Assembly: GCA_964517635.1 (NCBI GenBank)
Contig: CAZFCC010000010.1
Location: 7,812 to 71,811 of the forward strand
Reading direction: 5' to 3'
Length of the DNA stretch: 64,000 nucleotides
Source of the DNA: an uncultured Desulfovibrio sp.
GTDB lineage: Bacteria; Desulfobacterota; Desulfovibrionia; Desulfovibrionales; Desulfovibrionaceae
The notes below the pieces were generated by a model. It made no database searches. It was not told where the DNA came from and saw only the letters and a program-made list of their open reading frames with translations. Positions 57,601 through 64,000 of the stretch are shown here, in pieces. A program made the translations under genes and the position numbers. Position 1 is the first letter of the stretch; every line of letters begins with the position of its first letter.

Positions 57601-59170
57601 TGTGCCCCTTGACCTGCGCATACGCACGCCCCAAAGCGCCACAGAGGCGCTGGCCCTTGCCGACGAAACCCGTATGGCCCTTGATGCCTTAGCCCGCAAC
57701 GAAGGCCGCATAGACGGACTTGTCTTTACGCCCGCCGTCATCGCAAAGGCCAACGGAACCGCATGCGGCCCGGCCGCTTCCGATGCCGAATTTGCCGCCG
57801 CCCGCATGCCCGAGGTGCTGGATGCCGCCATGCGGGCCGCCCTGAGCCATGGCCTGCGCCATGCCTGCCTGTGCAGCCTCATGCTGCCTGCGCAGGAAAA
57901 TATGTATTGCGACGGCCCGCTGGAAAAACACCTTGAAGCCCTTGGCCAAGAGTCGGGCATAGCCGTGCGTGCCGTGCGCCTGCTTGAACCCACCCTGCGC
58001 GCCGGGCTCAACGAATGGGGCGACCTGCTGGCCCGCGAACTGCTGCTTGGCACGGCAGAGCATGTGTTCTGGGCACGCCACAACACCCTGCCGACCATGC
58101 ACACACCAGGCCACCGGGCGGATCATCCCGGCGCAAGCGCGGGACATTCCCCCACAGGCTCGGGCCTGGCCCTGATCGAGCGGCCCCGCCGCTACCCCCT
58201 GGTTTTTCCCGATCCGCGCCCGCCTTACCGCGGCACGGCCACGCTGTTTCAAGGCGGCTGCCATTACTCGCGCTTTGCAGACGCCGACCTGGCCCAGCAC
58301 GGCGGCCAGCCGGGCAATGGCCTTGGCGAAAACACGCCATGGCTGCCGGCCGGCCGCGCCCTTGCGGCCCTGCTGGAGGCATCCAGCCTGTGGTTGCCCT
58401 GGCTTACGGTCACCGGTTTTTCAGATCTGCGCTTTCATGAGCCGCCGCTGTTGCCGCCCGGCCTCACACGCGAATGCCGCCTGACCATGGAGGCCGAACC
58501 CTGGCTCATGCAGGACGGCGTTATGACCCGCATGTGTCGGGGCGAACTGGCTGTGCGCGAAGTCACGCCCAACGGCAGACACTTGGGCCAGTATACCCCC
58601 GTGGCCGGGGGCATGACCCTGCTGGCTGCGAACAATGGGCAGGTTCCCCCCTTGTGGCCGCACGAAGCCCATATTTTTGAAAAAAATGGTGGTTTCGCTG
58701 TTCCCGGTCTGGACACCGAACTTTTTTATGAGGCTCTTGGCCTTGGCGCCCCCTGGCGCATGTTGCGAGATTTTTTGATCTTACCAGAGCACAAATACGC
58801 GGCGCGCCTGAATCCACAGCATACGGCCATTGCCCCCGAGGGCAATAAAGGCTATGCTGATGTTCTGAATGTGGTGGAGGGAATGGTGCAGGCTGCCTGG
58901 CTGGCCATAGCCCAGGGAGCTGAAAATACCAACGCGGACATAGCGGCAGTGGCCCAGGCGGTGCGCTGCTGGCGGTTGCACGCGGCTGGTTTTATCCGAT
59001 TCGGGGCCGAAAGGGGCAAAGGGCCGTGGCATGTGGTGCTGCGCCGTTCCTGGTCGGATTCCCGTCTGTTACGCTTTGACGGCCAGGCCGTTGACGAGCG
59101 TGGCCGTATTTTTCTTACCCTTCATCATCTGGAATTTGACCGGCGGGACCACAAACCCACCGCGCTTTAG
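54689..59170 (+). CDS. PKS/PUFA-synthase-like multidomain protein: AT - ACP-like - degenerate KR - DH; no KS
   Basis: CCGLGSVWPGMG, GHSLGE and SLAFHH (AT); DLALRSS (ACP-like); RIDGLVF; LAQH..P and EGMVQAAW (DH-like); start uncertain. Confidence 0.8.
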   Translation: MQQDPAPQYGDCRITQSTALPGGLLAVPLPSIAFSCPAPEGSNLDQQDSSAVDISAQDMVQLCFKWLTHIETPGPVLLWLCWHEQNTPAPLALPLVLALQGLQNLWRIGPIRFQCEPFMPGQMLEAEKLLRDMPQHGESTVEAPNGKPTKTPLRSPSGADQIMRPVTGRVPTILLLNFTSDEESRLHCHPLLLRLPALTPPCCDTLMCRKSPPRIAPEEKTPAPAPHTSQPQPTVNAMAMPAPHTSQPQPTVNAMAMPAPGACGVSGVPGIPGIPGIPGACADPHTPDAYAAPGEIFLDGVRYTELPQDGLLWRIGAVNPLWRQELLVLPHNPDAAALAALEPRGLWLAPVQTPPPLAVMCCGLGSVWPGMGRELYDSFPVARAAMDRIAAVADWDVLGLMDEKDVEKISLTRWQSPYLFMLEFAQWSVLSSLGLRPSLFCGHSLGEIIALCLSGIVEPEAAWYMLDTRAVHMAELEAAATRETGMMAVHANIEVVEEIRATWPSLYVSNYNTPQQFILSGPREALQEARKSLRKRRIPAIVLNVSLAFHHPSMRVLRDLSQRRLNALEMHAPNIPILSCITTDFYPNDQPSICQHMTDLDENSVRWTECVHAMWNRDGIRHFVELGPQDTICGLTRDNESRALCLPAGRKGKEVEGMRQTCARLYSLGHLRDDSIRARVTSMREGRDAAAAARAPLPHCGLIPVGTPDAACPVESVAPMVPDAQTPTPLETQTNAQTQADAPSSTTDAAPTAANDFSADAALRVVMDVLSRASGRAVEDLRPEMDLRYDLALRSSRFPLIIQEVEKALDIIVNFEDLLKVSTIGDLARILGGNPLASNEQERTAAGASSFSRAASACAPLCRFAPLLRPWPEEDAPAQASTPAQTSTPAEASIPAQASAILAKSAPAQLPLDPCGQGLPIHMGDVLALLFFEPELLPALMSGLAPLGCVLGVPKDQLEACAPLAKAGSRLVPLDLRIRTPQSATEALALADETRMALDALARNEGRIDGLVFTPAVIAKANGTACGPAASDAEFAAARMPEVLDAAMRAALSHGLRHACLCSLMLPAQENMYCDGPLEKHLEALGQESGIAVRAVRLLEPTLRAGLNEWGDLLARELLLGTAEHVFWARHNTLPTMHTPGHRADHPGASAGHSPTGSGLALIERPRRYPLVFPDPRPPYRGTATLFQGGCHYSRFADADLAQHGGQPGNGLGENTPWLPAGRALAALLEASSLWLPWLTVTGFSDLRFHEPPLLPPGLTRECRLTMEAEPWLMQDGVMTRMCRGELAVREVTPNGRHLGQYTPVAGGMTLLAANNGQVPPLWPHEAHIFEKNGGFAVPGLDTELFYEALGLGAPWRMLRDFLILPEHKYAARLNPQHTAIAPEGNKGYADVLNVVEGMVQAAWLAIAQGAENTNADIAAVAQAVRCWRLHAAGFIRFGAERGKGPWHVVLRRSWSDSRLLRFDGQAVDERGRIFLTLHHLEFDRRDHKPTAL

Positions 59171-59240
59171 CGCGTCCTCGCCGCTACAACCGTGACCATA
59201 CACCAACGCGCTGGCCGCGCGAGCCTGTAAAGGGTACCAG

Positions 59241-60707
59241 ATGCCACATAAAGCACGCACTTTTCTTCCAGCACGAACCTGCCTTTCGCTGCTGCTCGTT
59301 CTGACCTTTCTTTTTTCAGCCTGCGCCTCCAACAAGGCGGGGCTCAAATCGCCAGAACTACCCGCCAGACACTGGCTGGAAGAGGCCCCCGGCGTGCCGG
59401 TGGAAAACAAGGGCAAGCTTGAAGCCGCTGTTCCCAATCTTTATGATCCCTCCAAGGTCTTCACTTTTGAAGACTGCGTTTTTCTTACCATCCAGCAGTC
59501 GCCGCTCTTGGTCAACAGCGCAGTAGACCTGGAGATCAAGCGCGTTGCCCTTACCAACGCCGTGTGGAAATACCTGCCCGAACCGCGCATGACCATGCAG
59601 GTCAGCAACAACCTCACGCGGCTTAATATGGACCACAAGGACACCCCCGGCGATTACGGGCGCACAAAACTCAGCGTGGGCTTTTACGCGGCCTTTCCCA
59701 ATCCGGTGGCCACCTATTTTGAACATCAGGTGCAAAAGGCCATGGTCAACCTGGCCATCTCAACCCACCGCAAGGCCGTGGGCGAAGCCATCTACAAGAT
59801 CGCTCAGGCCTATCTACAACTCCAGGCGCAGAAAAGAATCGTCAAAGCCCAGAAAGATATACTGCCCATCGGCAAAGAACTGATTTCCTACTGGCAGCAG
59901 GTGGAGGCCGTTGACGGCCGCCAAGGGGTTTCTCTCAATCTGGCCATGCAGCACCAGCGGGAGCTTGAGCTCATGCTGGAGCAGACCAAGATGAAAGAAA
60001 CCATGCAGCTCACCCAGCTTAAAATTCTGGCGGGTGTGGATCCCCAGCAGCGCCTGGATGTAGACGCCGCCAGCGCCGAAGAGCTTCTGCGCAGCTTCAA
60101 TGGGCGCAAGCTCAAGTGGGACGAGCGCTGGACTACCACCGAAGACGACTTGTTGCTGCGCGGCCAGATCAAGCTGGGCGACTATAACATCATGGTTGCC
60201 TGGGCGCAGTACATCCCCGACATGAGCATTGCCGTCAACAACAATCCGCCGTCCGGTCAGTACCAGCCCGCCAGCGGCAGCGAAGACACCTTTTTGCATC
60301 TGAACTTCAGCTTCCCCCTGCTGGACTGGGGACGCCGTTATCGCGGTGTGCAAACCGCCCGCATGCAAAAGGCGCAGGCTTTTCACGAAATGGCCCGCAA
60401 GCGCACCGACTATTCCAACCGGTGGCTGCAAGCCGAACAAAATGTGGCCCTGGCCGAAACCGAACTCAAGCTGGCGCGCACGCGCTTTGATACGGCGGCC
60501 ATGCAGTTCAAAGAAGCCCACATTTCTTTCAACGAAGGCATAGCCGAACTGCCCGCCGTGGCCGACAGGCAGGAAGCTATGGTGCAGGCCCAGGTGGCCC
60601 TTATCCGCGCCGAGCTGACCTGTGAACTGGCCCAGCTTGAATGGATGTATCTTTCCACGGCGCTTCAGGAACATTTCCTCGGCCTACCCGCCAAAGAGGT
60701 GCTGTAA
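59241..60707 (+). CDS. TolC/OMF-family outer membrane lipoprotein
   Basis: Lipobox FSAC; helical repeats; LNFSFPLLDWG motif. Confidence 0.8.
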   Translation: MPHKARTFLPARTCLSLLLVLTFLFSACASNKAGLKSPELPARHWLEEAPGVPVENKGKLEAAVPNLYDPSKVFTFEDCVFLTIQQSPLLVNSAVDLEIKRVALTNAVWKYLPEPRMTMQVSNNLTRLNMDHKDTPGDYGRTKLSVGFYAAFPNPVATYFEHQVQKAMVNLAISTHRKAVGEAIYKIAQAYLQLQAQKRIVKAQKDILPIGKELISYWQQVEAVDGRQGVSLNLAMQHQRELELMLEQTKMKETMQLTQLKILAGVDPQQRLDVDAASAEELLRSFNGRKLKWDERWTTTEDDLLLRGQIKLGDYNIMVAWAQYIPDMSIAVNNNPPSGQYQPASGSEDTFLHLNFSFPLLDWGRRYRGVQTARMQKAQAFHEMARKRTDYSNRWLQAEQNVALAETELKLARTRFDTAAMQFKEAHISFNEGIAELPAVADRQEAMVQAQVALIRAELTCELAQLEWMYLSTALQEHFLGLPAKEVL

Positions 60708-61651
60708 TGCGAGCCCTTGCCCGTCCATGCTCCCCCAGCGCACGTGGTCTGCTTTTGACGCTGGCCCTGCTGTGCAGCTTGGCTTTTGCCGTTGCCGCCA
60801 CTGCGGCCGAAGGCGGCAAAAGCAGTGTAACCATTCTCACCGGCAAAGTGGTGACCACGGTGACGCGCGCCATCCCCATGCCCTTTAACGGGGTGGTGGA
60901 CGACGTGCTTGTCAAACCAGGCGAAGCAGTTGAAGAAAACGCCCCCCTCATGCGCTACCACCTGCACGAAGACGCCGAGCGCACCTTGCAACGTGAAGTC
61001 ATGCAAGGCCCCGGCACAGAAAGCCTTAAAAGCCAGGTGCTTGACCTTGAGCGCAGGCTGGCCGAAACCATCGCTCAGCGCAACAAGGCGCGCCAGCTTG
61101 CCGCCTCCGGTCTTGGCTCCCGCCAGGCCTCGGGGCGCCTTGAAGAAGACGTGACCTCCTTGCAGCGTCGCATCGAACTCACCAATATTACGATCAAAAA
61201 AGCTGAAAATAGCTTTGCCATTCGCCTGAAAGAGCTGAGCAGCTACTTTGGTCAGGAAATCAAGGAAGGCGAACTTTTGCCTGAAACCCTCACCCTGACC
61301 TCCCCCATCAAGGGCTACGTGCTCTCGCTTGACGCCACTCTCAACCCCGGCACCCTGCTGCAAGCAGGGAGCGTGCCCGTCAGAGTGGGGCAGCTTGACC
61401 CTGTACTGATTCAGGTGCCTGTGTACGAAGCCGAAATCAGCGCCATCTCGGAAGGGGACAAGGTCGCTGTGGAAATTCCCTCGCTCGGCAACAAGGTTTT
61501 TCCCGGCAAAGTAAACGAAATCGCCTGGGTTTCCAGCGACATGAGCGTATCGAATCCGTCGTATTACACGGTAGAGATCACTGTGCCCAACCCTGATCTG
61601 GAACTCAAGCCCGGCTTCAAGGCCGTTGTGCGTTTCGGGGGCGGCAGGTAA
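60707..61651 (+). CDS. Membrane-fusion (HlyD/RND periplasmic adaptor) protein
   Basis: Lipoyl halves GVVDDVLVKPGE and LTSPIKGYV, coiled coil, LKPGF; TAATG overlap with TolC. Confidence 0.85.
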   Translation: MRALARPCSPSARGLLLTLALLCSLAFAVAATAAEGGKSSVTILTGKVVTTVTRAIPMPFNGVVDDVLVKPGEAVEENAPLMRYHLHEDAERTLQREVMQGPGTESLKSQVLDLERRLAETIAQRNKARQLAASGLGSRQASGRLEEDVTSLQRRIELTNITIKKAENSFAIRLKELSSYFGQEIKEGELLPETLTLTSPIKGYVLSLDATLNPGTLLQAGSVPVRVGQLDPVLIQVPVYEAEISAISEGDKVAVEIPSLGNKVFPGKVNEIAWVSSDMSVSNPSYYTVEITVPNPDLELKPGFKAVVRFGGGR

Positions 61652-61660
61652 AGCCCAGGC

Positions 61661-63070
61661 ATGAAGCTCAAGAGCATACCCCGCAGGCTCGGTTACATTC
61701 TGGGCGCGCAATGGACGCGCGACCTGGCGTGGACGGCCTTTACCATTTTGCTGGCCCGCCGCAGCCCAGACATTATGGGCCAGATCGTCTTGGCCCTCAC
61801 CTTTGGCTATTTGGTAAAAACCATTGCCGATGTGGGGCTCAACGATTTCCTGCTGTCCACCTTTGCCCGCCGTGAAGGCCGCCCTCGGGCGCTGCTTGGC
61901 GAGGTCACATGGCTCAAAATTGTGGTGCTGGTGCTGGCTTTGGTCACCACATGGCTCGTCACCGGCTGGCAAGACTACAGCCCGGAACTACGCCTCATTG
62001 TGCTCTGTATCGCTGCGGGCCTCGGCCTTGACGGCGTAAGCGATTCGTTTTTTGCCCTGTGTCAGGCCCGTGGGCGGCAAGATGTCGAAATGCGCATCCG
62101 CGTTCCGTCGGCTCTCATCGGCATAGGCTTTGGCATTGCTTGCGTGATAATGGGCGCACCGCCCATTATCATTGCCCTGTATAAACCCATCGAATCCGTC
62201 CTCTGCATCATTTTCGCGCTGGTGGCGCTAGGGCGCAACCCGCTGGCCGGTGTCGGCAAATCGGGCATGCTCGACCTGGCGCGCCAGATGAAACACGGCC
62301 TTATTTTTACCTGCATGGCTGCCTGCGCCATGTTCTACAACAAGATCAACGTTATTTTTCTCAAGCAATACGGCGGCAATGCCGACGTGGGCGGCTACGG
62401 CGTTGCCTGGGAAACCATCGAGGGCCTGTCGGTGCTGGTGTCCAGCGCCCTCTTGGGCAAAGTCATATTTCCGCTGCTGGCCAGACACTGGCAACAAGAC
62501 AGGGCAGCCTTCAGCCAGTTGGCGGGGCAGACAGCCCGAACCCTGTGGGCGGCGGCCCTGCCCATCATTTTTCTGATCTGTGTGGAAAGCGACCGCTTTT
62601 TACCCTTTATTTATGGGCATAATTACGAAAGTGCCGTTCGGGCCCAGCAACTGCTTACCCCCTGCCTGGCCACTGCCTTTCTGCATAACCTGGCAGCCTA
62701 CGCCATGATAGGCATGCGCCGCCACCGCCTGTTGCTGGCCTTTTATGTAAGCGGGCTTGTGCTCAACATTATCTGCTGCTTTACGCTCATTCCGGGCATG
62801 CCGCTGGAAGGCGCGGCCCTGTCTTTGACCATCACCAAGGTGTGGGTTGCCCTGCTGACCGTGGGCTTTTTCCAATGGGCCGCCCGCCCCATGAGCGCAG
62901 GACAATGGCTGCTCATGCTGGTGACCATTATGGTGAGCCTGGCCCTGTGGCAGATCACTGGCAAGGTAGCTCCGCGCGAAGTGGCCGAGCTTGTGGGGCT
63001 TGTTCCCCTGCTTGCGCTTTTCTGGCGCTGGCGCCCGCCGCCGCCCTTTGAAGCAAAGACCACCCGATAA
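61661..63070 (+). CDS. MOP-superfamily (Wzx-like) flippase
   Basis: About 12-14 TMs; ADVGLN, DVGGYGVA and LEGAALS patterns. Confidence 0.8.
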   Translation: MKLKSIPRRLGYILGAQWTRDLAWTAFTILLARRSPDIMGQIVLALTFGYLVKTIADVGLNDFLLSTFARREGRPRALLGEVTWLKIVVLVLALVTTWLVTGWQDYSPELRLIVLCIAAGLGLDGVSDSFFALCQARGRQDVEMRIRVPSALIGIGFGIACVIMGAPPIIIALYKPIESVLCIIFALVALGRNPLAGVGKSGMLDLARQMKHGLIFTCMAACAMFYNKINVIFLKQYGGNADVGGYGVAWETIEGLSVLVSSALLGKVIFPLLARHWQQDRAAFSQLAGQTARTLWAAALPIIFLICVESDRFLPFIYGHNYESAVRAQQLLTPCLATAFLHNLAAYAMIGMRRHRLLLAFYVSGLVLNIICCFTLIPGMPLEGAALSLTITKVWVALLTVGFFQWAARPMSAGQWLLMLVTIMVSLALWQITGKVAPREVAELVGLVPLLALFWRWRPPPPFEAKTTR

Positions 63071-63077
63071 TCGCGTT

Positions 63078-63183
63078 TTTTGGGGGGGAGGGCCCCTTTT
63101 GCAAATGGGGCCCTCCCCCACACCCCCACCCCCCAAAAATCTCTATTTTTAGCTCAAACTGCGACAGAATCGACTCATCTGAC
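63078..63183 (-). repeat. REP-like element, family A copy 8
   Basis: Hairpin 8 nt after the flippase stop, plus C-run and leader. Confidence 0.85.
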
Positions 63184-63307
63184 TGGGCACTGAAGCGCAG
63201 CTCATAGGCCTGGCACTACCCAACACCCCACCACTACGCGGCTTAAATCATCACATTTCGGCGCGCTTCACCCAAGCCCGCCAGACCTTAGTTCACCGCG
63301 GCTCTAC

Positions 63308-63363
63308 GCAGCCACGGCGCCTTACTTCACTGCAGCCCACAGCGCCTTACTTCACTGCAGCCC
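63308..63363. repeat. 24-25 bp tandem repeat x2.3
   Basis: gcagcc(c)ac(g/a)gcgccttacttcact occurs twice. Confidence 0.8.
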
Positions 63364-63446
63364 CGCTGTATCCCGTGCACGCCAGTGCAAAAGTTGCGTT
63401 TGCGCCAGTTAGTTGTCTTCTCTTGCATCTTTGCCAGGGCTACGCG

Positions 63447-63476
63447 TTGACGCCAACATCATGCTGTGCATACTAT
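63447..63476 (+). promoter_or_regulatory. Possible sigma70 promoter
   Basis: TTGACG-N18-TACTAT, ~50 bp before the ATG at 63526. Confidence 0.5.
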
Positions 63477-63525
63477 GGTGTGCATAGTCCATAAAAAGAC
63501 ATGTAACGAACCCTCAAGGGGCAGT

Positions 63526-64000
63526 ATGGCAAAGGATTTTTTATTAGAACGCAGGCGCCTGCTCAAAGGACTAACATCCACAGCAGGGGCCGCCGGCCTT
63601 GGTCTGACAGGGCTTCAACCCGCCCAGGCCATGGCTCTTCGCCTGCCCAGCGATGACAAGGACTGCTGCACCATAATCGATGTGGATCGTTGCACGGGCT
63701 GCGGCGCTTGTGTAACTGCTTGCCGCCAGCGCAACCTCGCCCGCCTGCCGGAGCCGCATAAGCCCATTCCCCGCCCGTTTCCCTCCTGGAAGCCCATCAT
63801 CGACTGGTCTGACCGGAAGGATGTCACAGACCGCCTTACTCCTTACAACTGGCTGTACATACAGTCCTGCACCCTGTTCGGCCACCGTGGTGATCACAAG
63901 GTCTTTATACCGCGCCGCTGCCTGCACTGTCTCAACCCCCAGTGTGTGAGCCTGTGCCCTTCCGGTGCGGCTCGGCAAAGCCCGCAGGGGGCCACTTACA
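63526..64000 (+). CDS. Tat-exported 4Fe-4S dicluster protein (FdnH/HybA/NrfC-like); 3' end lies outside the window
   Basis: Absent from the ORF track; translated by hand: MAKDFLLERRRLLKG, IIDVDRCTGCGACVTAC, RRCLHCLNPQCVSLCP. Confidence 0.85.
   Translation, partial: MAKDFLLERRRLLKGLTSTAGAAGLGLTGLQPAQAMALRLPSDDKDCCTIIDVDRCTGCGACVTACRQRNLARLPEPHKPIPRPFPSWKPIIDWSDRKDVTDRLTPYNWLYIQSCTLFGHRGDHKVFIPRRCLHCLNPQCVSLCPSGAARQSPQGATY

Noticed and set aside
60665-61972. 435-aa minus-strand ORF (also 48999-50114, 51675-52877, 20931-22268, 55649-56899)
   Set aside because: Antisense shadows of well-supported genes.
1-64000. rRNA, tRNA, tmRNA/SRP/RNase P genes, transposases, integrases, phage genes
   Set aside because: No diagnostic sequence seen; a formal tRNAscan/Infernal run was not possible.

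Overview
A gene-dense, GC-rich chromosomal window from a Desulfovibrio desulfuricans-like sulfate reducer. The tetraheme cytochrome c3, AhbB and nine-heme cytochrome closely match the D. desulfuricans proteins as I remember them. In order: 3' end of a flavodiiron protein (roo); cytochrome c3; ahbB-hemL-cbiG-cobJ tetrapyrrole genes; an RRM protein; rpsF-rpsR-rplI-dnaB; a PilZ-motif protein; tgt; a GGT-family hydrolase; housekeeping genes (tadA, LOG, beta-CASP nuclease, rsmD, coaD, miaA, beta-carbonic anhydrase); the nine-heme cytochrome operon; dpaL; a CMP-ulosonic-acid-like sugar cluster; a motif-degenerate MoeA-PBP fusion; an Fe-ADH lacking two metal ligands; a TOBE protein; and htpX. It ends with a ~16 kb divergent cluster (AsnB, 2x GT4, deacetylase and a WcbT/RkpG-like alpha-oxoamine synthase, opposite a KS-less AT-ACP-DH PKS-like protein, TolC, membrane-fusion protein and flippase), followed by a truncated Tat-exported 4Fe-4S protein. 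That cluster is the best candidate for an uncharacterised system. The intergenic DNA carries three dispersed repeat families: 8 REP-like hairpins, 3 long modular elements, and TAGAGCA-terminated MITE-like elements that supply stop codons. There are also many short tandem arrays. I found no rRNA, tRNA, CRISPR array or transposase. All calls come from reading motifs by eye; no searches were run.
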